Below, piece after piece: positions 23,270-35,158 of a stretch of DNA of 35,158 bases. Both the position numbers and the translations under genes were made by a program. The stretch lies in the NCBI GenBank assembly GCA_043228905.1, contig JBHGNT010000320.1, positions 1 to 35,158 on the forward strand, in the 5' to 3' direction. Origin of the DNA: Azolla caroliniana (lineage: Eukaryota; Plantae; Polypodiophyta). The notes beneath the pieces are model-generated. The model searched no databases. It saw only the letters and a program-made list of their open reading frames with translations, and had not been told where the DNA came from. Each line of letters starts with the position of its first letter. The stretch's first letter is position 1.

Positions 23270-23460
23270 GTCAAACCTCGGTGGAGGAAGCCATGTCTGA
23301 CTTTAAGTGAAATGAGATGATATTGTCAAGATACAACAACATCATAAAGATAGTAGGAGTTGTTGGAAAGACCAACAAAGAAGAAGGTGATAGGCACCAA
23401 GTGGATATGGAAAGTAAAGTATACAGTTGATGGTTCCTTGGAGAAGTTCAAGGCCAAGAT
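23270..23460 (+). mobile_element. Copia reverse transcriptase N-terminal fragment
   Basis: Translates to SVEEAMSD...ELLERPTKKKVIGTKWIWKVKYTVDGSLEKFKAKI, the RVT_2 N-terminal signature. Confidence 0.85.
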
Positions 23461-24229
23461 AGAAGTAGTGACAAGTGGTGTAAATGGACGGTGGTGGTCG
23501 ACTAGTGGCTAAGGACGACACATGTGGCGGGCAACATGTTCGAGTAGAGTACTAATGTAGTTGTGTTCAAGTAGAGGACATGAACGAAGGCGCGTTCGAG
23601 TTCCTCCCATAGTAACAATAATAATCATTATCATTGTTGTTATTACTTATTATTATTATTGTTTTTAATAGTAATACTATTTATTATTATTGTTTTTATT
23701 TTTATTTTAAAATATTTGGTTTAATTTAATTTAATTTAATTTTAGGTATAAAATATACCCCTCCCTCGTGGAGAGATGTAGTTTTACAATAATTGGGTCC
23801 AACTCTTGTCCTTAGGTGCCGTCTAGTGGACAGGATGTCGATTTTGGTTGACGTAGCGAGTTCGACTCCAACCGCCCGAAATTTACGGGTAGATGCCAAT
23901 TCTAGCTCGATGGTTGGAATCAAGATCTGAAAAAACCCGACATGACCCTCGTGGTGACGCCTTCATATTAACGTGACAAGTTTTCCAACAAGATGGTTCG
24001 GTGGTTCGTTCTACGCCGATCTTGTCAAAATTTCGTACCTTTGTTACCCAAGCCCATAATTTTGAACCGAAAATTATGACGTGATTCTTGCTTCATCACA
24101 AGAAACTTAAACAAGGATTTTATAGAAGATAATTGAAATATAAATTATACTTTTTTTTTTAAAAGTAGCAATGAGTTCATGAGGGTTTGTGAATACAATG
24201 ATGGATACATAAATGTACTTGTACGTAAA

Positions 24230-24345
24230 TTCATCCCCATAGCAATGCTCACGTGGATTCACATCATGTATTACTATAGTAAGACAATGATTCATCAAAT
24301 ATATTGTCGTAGCAACTGTTTTCTCTTGATAGGAGTGTGACATGT
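24230..24345 (-). mobile_element. Copia integrase C-terminal fragment
   Basis: QEKTVATTIYLMNHCLTIVIHDVNPREHCYG resembles the copia WAEAVxTAVYLMNRxP...TPxE..YG motif. Confidence 0.65.
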
Positions 24346-25582
24346 TTAAGAGCTAGATATCTAGAACTTGAGCTCTTTGAAAATTGCATGATTTCTATGT
24401 ACATATCTCAATGATCAAATATATATTCATTATAAAATGCCCAACTATGGTTGGTGAATCAATAAGGTGGATAACACTCCTAGTCCTTGTACACAAACTT
24501 AGTTATATTATAGGGTTATTTGTGAAAATACCCCTATCTATGTTCATAATTGGTAGAAGACCCTTAACTTCAGAGAGATTGTTAGAATGTCCTAAACATA
24601 CAAAAAAACTGACAACAAAAAAGGGAGGACAAAAGATTTTGGCACCACTTTCAAATCCATATAGCACCACAACACCAAATTGAACACCATTCTTGCATAT
24701 AAACACCACCACGTATTTTGGAGCACCATATTCTTGCTTCACGTGTACGTATCTTTTATTTCCATTCAAATTCAAATCCTCTTTGAATTCTTGTTTTAAA
24801 ATAGTCACTATTCAAGTCTTGACATGATAGAATAGTCCTTACTACTATAGTAATTCCAATTGCTATATTAAACAACTTTTTTGTTTCTGAAATTGGTGAT
24901 GGATTTGGCCAAAGGAAACATCGTTTTGATTGAATACTTGATGTTAAGAATGTTGTGAAAGCACACACTATTGCATCACACATTGGTTTCAAAAGTGGTG
25001 AAGACAAGCGTAGATATTGGCTACAACATAATGAATCAAAAGGTTTATGGAATTTATTTGCTGTTATAATCCGAGATGTCTTGAGTTTTGAAATTCATGC
25101 ATTTGGAAATCACACTTGTTGTAGTCTTTTACAATCACGCAATAATGAAGCTTTATCAGGAAGGCATACAAAGAGAAGTTAAGGGGGAACCCCCACATTC
25201 TAAACCTTTCTGAATAGCTAATGGTTTTTTCAATGAAGCCGACATCACTATTTCATATAGAGCAAGTGGATCAAAAATGCCCAAAAGATGGGCATTGATG
25301 GAAATCATTGCAAGGGAAGAGAGGAGGCAATGGCCAACAAGCAAGCCCCAACAACTCTCGGGGGTTATTTCGGCAATTTCTAGAAAGTTCTACCCCGATC
25401 TCTATGCACTACTTCCTCTAAAGAGCTCGTCGTAGAAGGTGAAAAGGCAGAAAGCAAAAAGCGAAAAAACAAAAAAGCTAGAAAATAGAAAGCAAGAAGC
25501 AACAAGGCATTTTAGCTATGTATGTTCAAATAGTGAGGAAAAAAGAGATGGGAAATTCCATTGTGCATGGAGAGAGCAAAAG

Positions 25583-25974
25583 TAACAATCGGCAACGGTT
25601 CGGTTCGGTTTGAGAGGGTCCAAACCGAACCGTTAATTTTTTTTGAAACTTGAACCAAATAGAACCGAACCACGAAGCCGTTAAACAATTTTCAAACTGT
25701 TAAACCATTAAACTGTAAAAACCGAGGTTTCGTGGTTTGGTTTCGGTTTTCAAAATACGTCAAATTTTTAATTTTTAAAAATATTTAAAATTTTAAAGAT
25801 GTTCCTAAAATGTGAGAATAAGGTCTAAAAATAAAAAGATTGTTTAAAAACAATTTTTTAGAATTAAAAAAAAAAACCCGTTAAATCGTTTAAACCATAG
25901 GTTTTGAATGTTGAAACCGAACCGTTGAAACCATTAAACCGCGGTTTAGAGGTTCGAACCGTTGCCGATTGTAA
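25583..25974. mobile_element. hAT-type MITE
   Basis: TIRs TAACAATCGGCAACGGTTCG / CGAACCGTTGCCGATTGTAA, an 8-bp TSD AGCAAAAG / AGCAAAAA (7 of 8 match) and AACCG/CGGTT subterminal repeats. Confidence 0.88.
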
Positions 25975-26001
25975 AGCAAAAACCCACCCAGAAACACAAA
26001 T

Positions 26002-26251
26002 CATAGTATGTAATATACTCGAATGCATTGTCAAAAGTTCGTTTCATACGAATGAAAACGAATGCGCATGTTATCAAAACATTCTTATGTGTTTTTTTTA
26101 ATTACAATTTTTACCGTAAAAAAAAATTTACCTTATAATAAATATGTAATGGTTACAAAAGTATGGTATTTACCATACGTCGAGGGTGTTTTCCATACTC
26201 GAATGGTTGAAAAGCCTCGAATGCGAATATACGTATGGTTCATATACTATG
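26002..26251. mobile_element. hAT-type MITE (second family, CATAGTAT TIR)
   Basis: TIRs CATAGTATGT / ATATACTATG, TSD ACACAAAT / ACGCAAAT (7 of 8 match) and internal CGAAT repeats. Confidence 0.8.
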
Positions 26252-26502
26252 ACGCAAATCATAAAAGCCAGAAAAGCAAGAAGGAAGAACCAAAAAGCCA
26301 AAAGCCAGAAAAGCCAGAAAAGCAAAAAGGCCATTTTAGCTAATATAAATATTTCAAATAATGATGGAAAAAAAATAAAAAATAAAAAATAAAAAAGAAA
26401 ATCCCATCGTGTGTGTAAGGCTCTCTGTTCTCCTGCTTTCTCCATGATGATGAAGATGAAGATGATGAAGATGAAGATGATCATAATGGTGGGACGCCAT
26501 AT

Positions 26503-26545
26503 CTAGGGTTTAGGGTTTCTTCTTCTTCTTCTTCTTCTTCTTCTG
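26503..26545 (+). promoter_or_regulatory. Telo-box-like motifs (TAGGGTTT x2) and a (CTT)n tract in the EXECUTER promoter/5' UTR
   Basis: CTAGGGTTTAGGGTTTC followed by TTCTTC repeats about 30-70 bp upstream of the ATG at 26573. Confidence 0.5.
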
Positions 26546-26572
26546 CCACACAGAGTTCCTTCTCTCTGAGAT

Positions 26573-29500
26573 ATGTCTTCTCTATGGCCTTCTTCTTTCC
26601 CTTTACACGACTATACCTCCGCTTCTTCTTGTTCCTCCTTTTCCAAGCTCACTTTGAAGCTCCATAGCTTCGATTTCAGACGCCGGACATCCTTAAGACC
26701 TCGCAGATACACTTGTCCACCTCAGAGACACAGACCCGTTTCCGTGTTTTTCTCTGTTAATCGTCCGCAAGACATTCCTTCTTCTTCTTCTTCATCTTCT
26801 TCTTCAGAGGAAAAATCCTCAATCTCCATAGATAGAAATCCTAGCTCTGATGCTATTTCTTTCTCTTCCCCTTCCTCCCCCTCTTCTTCAGATAAGGTTT
26901 TTGTAAATGATATTAAATTCTTGCAGGAAATCTTGGCTCGGTTGAAAGACCCATTTCATCATATTTTCTCTACTGCTAGTAAGAGAATTATGGACTATCT
27001 TGATAGGTATATAAAGCCTCAGCCAGCAGAGCAGAAAGAAGAAGAAAAAGGAAGAGAAAGTAAAGTAGATTCGGGTACATCTGAGATTCAGACAGCGGTA
27101 GATGAAGAATGGAACTGGGAGAGATGGAAGAGGCATTTCGATTATCTTGAAGAACAAGAAAGTTTAGCTTCCATTCTTAAGGTATGGTCGACCTCACATT
27201 GCCTAATGTTACTTTGTGATGAGTTAGGACATTTTAAAAATAATTTAGTGCTTCAAGAGTGTAATCATTAGAGAAGGAATGCCAGAGATATGGATCTCCA
27301 TCCAAGTGAATACAAAGAGAAGGCCTATTTGCTTGCACGAGATTCTACCATGTCCCATATGATGGTAAGAAGCAACATGCTCGTGTCATGAAAACATGGG
27401 AGAAAAAAGAAAAGAAACGAAACATTACATTAATGCCTTCAAGGAACTGATCAATGAGACCAAAGTTACATCCGTATGAATAGTACAGTGCCTTGTAGGT
27501 CTAAAGCACTGTTAAACTGTACCTAAACTAGGTAGCTGCCCCATACATCTAGACTTTGATCCAAGTACAATGATATGGGGATCATTGGTACAATTGATTC
27601 GTAGGATACAATGTACAAAATAAATGCATGTTTTGGAAAGGTAAAACATGAGTTGATCCCAGGAATGCTCTTATAGGATAGTGCAGTTTGGCACCTATGT
27701 CTTCTGTAGTGAAACCCAAAAGATTTTGCTTGATCTTGGGCAATGCGACTCTATATCCTTCAGATGGTTCACATGATGTAGAAACCTACGTTGTGTTAAA
27801 TTTACACAAGGGATAGTTTTTTATATTGATGGAGATGGACTTCTCTATCTATACATAGAAGATATATAAAACCAGCATCCTTTCTTGTAAGGTTAGATAC
27901 ATACAGCTAACTCCACTAAATTAGATTTCCTTATTGTGGGAGAAAGATTTCTTTTAGATCACAAAGTACAATGACCATTATGGTCATGCAAATACAATGA
28001 CCATTATGGTCATGCAAATACAATACATAATAGATGCTTTATATGTAGGGCAGTGGGGTGTTGTATATTGATATCAACTTGTACCCTGGGGTTTTTGTTC
28101 ATGGCCATTCATCTGCTACCTGTGTGGTGAATTGTGGAAATGTTGGTGGTGGAGGTGCAAGCCGATGAATAAGTCAACGATCTGTTATTGCCTTTGTCCC
28201 ATGTACTAATTTAATGGTTGATTCCCCCTGATGCGTCTGACGCTTGAGCAAGAATTGGCCAAAGGGAAGGACAATCTTCTCCATCATTTGTTGATGGGTT
28301 TTGTATTCAGAAAGAAAGATATATTAACGTCTTTTAAGAGGCCAAAATGGTCTATAAGACCAAATAAGAGATTACATCTTGAGTGTTGTCTCGTCTTTGA
28401 GAACAAATCAAAATAAAATAAATATTACACAATAAATATGAAAGTAAATAAGATGAAAAGAGAAGAAATGAGGGAATCTGGTTTTTGGCACATGTGAGAT
28501 TCTCAAACTAGGTATATTGTAGCTTTTGTCTTTGAAAGATCTCTAGCATAGGTCGATCCAGAATGGAAATGTCTCCGAAGTGAGGGAAGCACCTACGACG
28601 GCGGGAGATAATGGCTTTTATCTGTCGATGACAAGGGTGTCGAGGTTGTGGTCCATGGGACCGGGGCCTATGTGCATGGCAAATTGCTATTGCCCGATCA
28701 ATTGTAACCCCTTTGTTATGTCCTGGTCTGGAGCCCATTTGTGTATCCCGTGATGGGCTTGTAGCATTAGTAGGAGTGATGGGGCTAAAGAAAGTTGTGA
28801 TTGTTCTTTGTGGATGAGCTTGTGTGGTTGTATTCTTCAACAACTTCTCCTGATGTCTCTTGAGCTCTAGTAAGAAAAGTCCTAGGCATCGTTGTCCTCA
28901 TATTCCATTACCTTGCGTAGTGGGCCAAAGCCTTGTTTAAAGAGGCAATGGTATCTCCCTCTGATTTCATAAAAGACACTACAATGACAAACATAGTGTT
29001 CCTCAGATTCCACTCCTTGATGACACAATTAGCAAATTCTCTCTTCTAGAGGTAGTCGTGTATATCTGCCTACCTCAATCTGTAGCAGATGTGATGAAGT
29101 TCGCAACTGCCCTATCACACTACGCAACACATAGGATAGATGTATGTCCATATCAGAGAAAGGTTTGGCATACTTCTCTTTGATGTGCATCTGGACACAA
29201 AGTGTTCCTCATTCTCTGTTTCTCCTCTACAAGGTACACATATGAGTAGTTTCAGGTTATTCATACAAAGAAAGTAAAAGCTGTAGCTTTCCCAAAGATT
29301 CATGATAATGATCTTCGCGGTTGAGGTGCATTTGCAATTGGTAATGATTCTTGAGACGTTTTATTGAGCAGGAAGATCATAACCACTATGGGATTACTGG
29401 TGGTGAGGGAACATGATGTCTGATGTGCATTGGTGTTGTGGAGTGAGGCTAAGATTTTAACCACATCGTTAGCATCTGGGTTTCATCGAGATGCTTTGAC

Positions 29501-32500
29501 ATGGCCTTATATCCCGGCACTCACAGCCATCCTTTTCACGAACATTCCCTTGCTCTTTCGTGACTGTTTTCTTTGGAATGTGGATTGACCAATGGACCAA
29601 GTTTTCTTTGCGTGATTGTTTTTGTGCTGTGAATTTAAGGGTTGATTCCCAATGTCTCTATACCTTGAATAAGCTTGGCCAACTGATGTGTGCTAGACCT
29701 TGCCATCAAATGTTGGAGGGTGTTGTGCTCAATGAAATGTGTTGTGCACTCCTGTGATTTGCTTACTTGCTGTAGCTATGGGTTGGTTCGGTTTTGATTT
29801 CAGTTCGGTTTCTTTGCCTTGAAACTGAACCGAACCGAACCATTTATATAAAACAAAAACCAAACCAAACTTTTTATGAACTCTCAAGACATTTAAACCA
29901 AACGATTTAAGAAAAGCTAAACTAAACCATTTAAATCAAAACTGTTTTGGAAAAAGTTGAAATCAAACCGAACCATTTAATAAAAAAATTAAATCTAACC
30001 ATTTAAGTCAAACTAATTAAAAAACTAAATAAACAAAAATACCTTAAATTAAATAAGCATTTAAGTAAAAATAATTAAATAAAGAAACATGAATTAAACA
30101 ATTAAATTAATAAACCATTAAGGACAAAAAAAAGTTAACCAAAAAACCTTTAAGCCAAACCACTTAAACCTATAAACTGATAAAGTCGAGTTTTAGAACC
30201 AAACGGAACTATAACTGCACCTTTTAAATTATTTTGGAACTGACAAACTGTTAAACCATGGCTTAATGGTTCGGTTTGAGCTGAAATCGGGCCCATAGCT
30301 AGCTGGCTGGAAATGGCACAAAAGTGTTTCTTATTCTTCTTCTTCTTCACATAAGTAACGAAGTGCTTGTCCTGCTTCAATCTCTAGCTGGTGGGACGAA
30401 ACTCTGAGTTGGCCTATTGCTTTGTGAACAGTATGGGGTGTGTAGTTGTGAGACCACATGAATTCATCCTCTGAGAAGCTCATCAAAATATATTTGCAGT
30501 AGGCTATTATTGTGGGAAGAGGCTCTCTTGGAGCTCTCACTGCATATTCTTGCTTCATCATCATCATTGCGTGAAGGAAGAAAAGGTGGAAAATATGTGA
30601 CATACCCTATTTATACTAAGTAAATTAAGTTTTTATGCTCATAAACCGAGTTCTATGGTCTGAATAGCCAATTTAAGGTGAATCTCTTGCATATTGACAT
30701 CTAATGGTTTATACATATATCCCTAGTTCTGTGTCGAGATCCTAGCTATCCAAATTCTGTTTGGGTACATGGATGTCTACTAGGAAATAATGGGTCAAGT
30801 GCACACTTGGTAGCCCTTATAAATAGCCAGGAAGCCCTAGATCTATGCCGAGAGTAGCTATACAGAAAAAACCTAACTGAAGGGTACCTAGCCGCTTATG
30901 CGTAACCATGAAACTGTAGGTCTACACATGGGGCTGTTTAGACAGGATGAAGCGCTGTGACTATTTAAAGGCCGATGGGTGAATCATGATTCTCTACCCT
31001 AATAATTCAGGTTTTATGGGTATTCTTGTAATGTTGTCCATAATCGTGCTTATCCTTGAATGAAGAATTCTGACATCTGTGTGTATTCCCATCAGTTCAA
31101 ACTCGAGGATGCAATTGATGATGAAGATTTTCAAGAGGCTGCTCGGCTGAAAGTAGTTCTTACAGAAGCAAACAATGAAGATCCTGTGTCCGAGGTTCTT
31201 ACTGGATTAAAGGTAATCTGTGATATCTCTCATTTGATTTGAAGTGAAAGTCTTGTAACCATAAAATGCGCTTTCGTGGTTCAGAAAGCACTTGAGGATG
31301 AAAACTATGAACAAGCTACTAGGCTTAGAGATGAAGCTGCTGCTGGATTGGTAAGCAATGCAATTCTGAGATATCGTAATTGTGGCTCTTAAATGATCAA
31401 TTTTTGTGTACATAGAGACATTAACTTTGTTGAATTGAAGAAGAAAAAGCCAACCTTTACTCTTTTAGCTCAACCATATGATCTTGCAGATAGGATGGTG
31501 GATAGGCTTAGCAGAAGGGGAAAATGACCCATATGGTCGGATTATCAACATAAGTTCTGCATATGGAAGATTCATAGCAAAATCCTACACAGCAAGGCAA
31601 ATTGCTTCTCTTATAATTTTATGCTATACTTTAATCATTCACTTAACTATATTGAGATGACTCTTGTTGACAGTTTGTGGTTGCCCCCTCAGGCAACTAG
31701 TAACTGCATTTCCTGGTGCTTCGTTGTTCGAGGTGTTTGTAAGGAAGGATTCCAGAGGTTACCATCAGCAGGTTAGCATTCACAAGGTCATGAAAATAAT
31801 TGAAAATGAAGGTCGGAAGTAGGGGTGAAGCATCACTGTCTTAACTTATCCACATTGCATAGACATCTATGAGGTCAGGGACCTAGGTCATATCCAAGTT
31901 ATCTTGATGTTCATAGGACTTTTCTTAATTAGTTGACCTAAAGAAAAAACTTTGGGCAATACACATGACTGTTAATCTAAAAGAGTTCAATTTCTGAAAG
32001 TAGAGAAACTGCTTGCCCTGGTGTGAGTATCATAAATAAATAAAAATGCAAAATAAAGAAACAATACAGGTAATTGGATTGGAGGATAAAGCTCTCTATT
32101 AGTGGTTCTAATGAGTGGCTGGTGAGTTTCACTGCTAAGCATTGTAGATTTTGATCCTTTTTCCTTGGTTGATGACAGGCAGTATATTTACAACGAGGTG
32201 CAAGCGAGTCGCGTAATGGTATTGAAACTGCGATTCACGTCAACGTAGTGGATGTGAATGCTTCAGATGAAAGTGGGAAATCAAAGGATCTTATTGAAGC
32301 ATTTGGAGATGAGAAAGAAAAGCAAGAAGATGCAACAGTCTCAACAGAGAAACTAAGAAGCATCATAAGTTTCCTTAAAGAAAGAATACCTGATGTCAAA
32401 TTAAAAGTCTATAGAGTAATCAAACAAAATGGGGAGGATATTCCCAAGATTCTAGAACAAATATTTGAGGAGGTAGAAATGGAGGGAGAAGGAAGTAGTA

Positions 32501-33561
32501 CAGGTAATAATAGTGAGGTTTCAACTGAAGATGCTTTCCAAGAAGCACAACTTAAAGCTGGAGAAAGTGGTATATCAAAACAGAATTTACCAAGGAAGCT
32601 CCCGAGAAGGTTGATAGGCCAAAAAGTTATTGATGAAAAGCTTCCTCAAAAACCCACAAGGATACCTGCGAAAATTGAGTTTCGTGATAGAGATTCATTT
32701 CTCTTCCATATTGAAGATACTGAAAGTGAACAAACGCCCAATGATACTACTGTGGTCAAGCAAACTTCAATCAATGTGGATTCGGAGACTTTGGAAACAA
32801 TTTCGAACGGTCAGAAGATTTCGGTGAAGGTATGGAGGACGAAATCTGAAGGAATTTGTCTCTACACTATAAGATGTTTTTCTATAATATACTCTGATAG
32901 TTGTACATTTCGGTTTGCCTTTAGCTTTCTATGCTCCAAATGTCTTCATTTTCTTATGTCATAAGATTATGTCCTGGTATGAATGACACTATTTCACAGG
33001 CTTGTATCATGTGCTCATTATGTGTGCATTAAAACTAGTCCTTCACTTCATCAACTTGACCATGAAACCATCATCAATTATTTTGAATTTAGTAGGAAAG
33101 ATACCAAAAGCAGAAATTACATATATATAATTGGAACACGAACATTCCAGTATGTACACCATGCAGTGGTGATACATAAAGATGCTAAAGCTGTATTGCC
33201 CTTGTATTACAAATGCAATATTGCTTCAGTTTGTTCTTCCTCCATATAACAGCTGATTTTCAAAGCTTCCCTCGTATAATTTCGTGGTTTTGCGTGCTTT
33301 ATAGCAGAATTATGCTCAGTTAAATGTTCCTTTGGAGTGGCTTGCATCGACATCTACTATACAAACATTGTTGATTAGATTATGAGTGTATATGGAAAGA
33401 CTAGATGGAAATTCAAATAATTTCTTATCCCTAGGTATCTAAAGATTTAGAAGAGCTCCTGAAGCTTGCAGTTAATCAAGTGCAAAGACAACGGGGACTT
33501 TCCAAGTGTACTGCTTTTCATCGTATTGATTTGACAAACTCTAATGCAGATGCACTGACAG
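26573..33561 (+). CDS. EX1: EXECUTER-family chloroplast protein (singlet-oxygen signalling; UVR motifs, leading into DUF3506); 3' exons lie outside the window; EX1 vs EX2 orthology not resolved
   Basis: Exons 26573-27181, 31096-31212, 31285-31350, 31490-31596, 31693-31771, 32179-32829 and 33435-33561 join in frame. They encode a Ser-rich transit peptide, WNWERWKRHF, two UVR-like motifs (LEDAIDDEDFQEAARLK; KALEDENYEQATRLRD), GWWIG...DPYGRII...GRFIAKSYTARQL...PGASLFEVF, QAVYLQ, FLKERIPDVKLKV, RIPAKIE...RDSFLF and LEELLKLAVNQVQ...TAFHRI. Confidence 0.92.
28510..30480 (-). mobile_element. Several decayed LINE 3'-end fragments in EXECUTER intron 1
   Basis: Minus-strand peptides ICVPCRGETENEEHFVSRC (about 29190-29245) and HKAIGQLRVSSHQLEIEAG (about 30370-30430), plus a similar IKAIISR segment near 28600, match the LINE C-terminal LR.S.H.L.IE.GR...C..C....E.E.HF...C motif. 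Confidence 0.65.
29773..30301. mobile_element. hAT-type MITE in EXECUTER intron 1
   Basis: TIRs TAGCTATGGG / CCCATAGCTA, a degenerate 8-bp TSD ACTTGCTG / GCTGGCTG, AACCG/CGGTT subterminal repeats and an AT-rich core. Confidence 0.82.
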
Positions 33562-35158
33562 GTTACATCTCTCCCTCTTAATACTCAACTGTCAACTCTC
33601 ATTATTTTTATTGTTGGAGGAATTTTTGAATGAATTCTAAGAGTACATGGTAATTGCACCATATGGATGTACCATTAACTTGAGAATTATGCAGAGAATT
33701 GGGAGAAAACAATAATATTATAAGTTCTTTTATACTTATAGATTCAATGCATTCTTTTGTGATGATCTAGACAGACATTGGTTTTATTCACTGCAACTAT
33801 AGTACTGATCATAGATTGAAATATTTGTATTCGTGAGGCATTTTTCACGAATGCCTCAGGTATGCATTCAAGCGTGAATATTTATAGAAATATTCACTGT
33901 ATTTTTTTGACATTGGTTAGAGCATTGGTCTTATAAGTTGAAGGTTGTTTAGAGTTCAGTTGGTTTGATCATTGGTTTTATAAGTCAATTGTCATGAGTT
34001 CAGGCCTCCTCTTGAACTTATTTGTAACATTCATTTATTGCACTATTCTAATAAACATATTTCTCTATTTATTGCACATTCATTTCGTCTTTCTAATGTT
34101 CATTTATTCCACATCTACTCTAATAGACTTATTTTACTATTTGTCTTATTTTTTATTTAAAAATATTTAACAAAACAAATGGTGGTTTACATTTTTCATG
34201 ACTTATTCTCTGCAAATATTATGAATATTCTCGATGGGGAACATGTTAACAAATATTAACAAGCTAATTCTATCATACCTTTTTTTTTCTTTTAAAGTTC
34301 ATCAAAGTCATGCGTTTCAAGTTTTATAGATGAAGATTACTCAGTACCGTGGATCCAGATGTTCCATGTGACTTTGTGGTTTTAAATATTTAGAAATAGA
34401 TGTTTTGCGTGCTGGATGTTTTAGTTCTCATAATTAGGAATATGAAAATATCCAATTAGGTTTGGATTAACTTTTATATCCCTGCTGGCTGGTACTAGAG
34501 GAAGAAAGGACTGATGGAGCCTATAGAGTTAGGATTGGTGGAACTAAGTGCAACCTTCTCCGTCAGCACTGAACTTGAAATTTTCCCGCCGGATACAAGC
34601 TCAAACAATTATCTCCCTGGTTGTCTCACTCAAAATCCATTTCAAAGAGATAGACCATGGAATATAACCTTCGATATGGGTCTCCAAATATCATAACTGC
34701 TGGCATTCTGGTTGCACTAAGCTAATCAGAACTGACACTGAGGCACTCTCCTAGGTCATTCAGAGCCATAAGTGGCGATGGAAAGAAGGGAAGAGAAATC
34801 TCATGCAGGGGCATATGAACATGTACCTAACACCAACTTATCCTTCTAAGGGCTGTCTTTGCATTACATATGATTGTCTGCATGCCTGCATGATTTGGCA
34901 TGTGACAATGTCACTAGGATGCATATGCACCACCTAATGTTGCCTCCTCCTAAGGAAATATCTCAGCATTGCACATGGTTGTCCACATGCCTGCACAAGT
35001 CAATATGTAACAAGATCATGATTCATGAGGATGAAATCATTGCATATGTGCTGCAAACTCATATGGTGTTTCGGTGTGATTTATCTGTTGCTATTAAAGG
35101 AAACTGATATTCGATTCGTCTCATGGGGCATTGTTGGCTTATATTCGATTTGCTTTAT

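Noticed and set aside
23490-23610. tRNA/SINE-like A-box (TGGTCGACTAGTGG) and B-box (GTTCGAGTTCC)
   Set aside because: The spacing is too long and I could not build a cloverleaf. tRNAscan-SE or a SINE search would be needed.
24384-25344. Cluster of 60-100 aa ORFs on both strands that may be a decayed gene or TE
   Set aside because: No motif was recognisable in any frame I read.
34514-35107. Short ORFs as the next EXECUTER exons
   Set aside because: They lack the expected GLYxGAxG/DUF3506 continuation. The region is most likely intronic.

Overview
Eukaryotic, land-plant DNA (most likely a fern or other non-seed plant; this is inference from gene content, intron style and TE load). Two host genes point away from each other. 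On the minus strand is a gene for a very large coiled-coil protein (about 2,440 aa, one 6.9-kb exon plus three small 3' exons, 9385-17266). On the plus strand is an EXECUTER-family chloroplast singlet-oxygen signalling gene (7 exons visible, 26573-33561, running off the window). The rest is a nest of transposon remnants: two Ty1/copia elements of one family in opposite orientation, five hAT-type non-autonomous elements with recognisable TIRs and 8-bp TSDs or near-TSDs, LINE and copia fragments, tandem repeats and microsatellites. The most unusual feature, split across several short ORFs and unnamed in the ORF track, is at about 1473-2845. It is a decayed, intron-containing gene for a bacterial/phage-type beta-class amino-DNA methyltransferase (N6-adenine/N4-cytosine family), with the motifs VYNGD...DIPY...W-x-K...YQKP...SNPDDWVLNVFSG in canonical order. 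It appears to be cargo of an unclassified element inserted into a copia pol gene.
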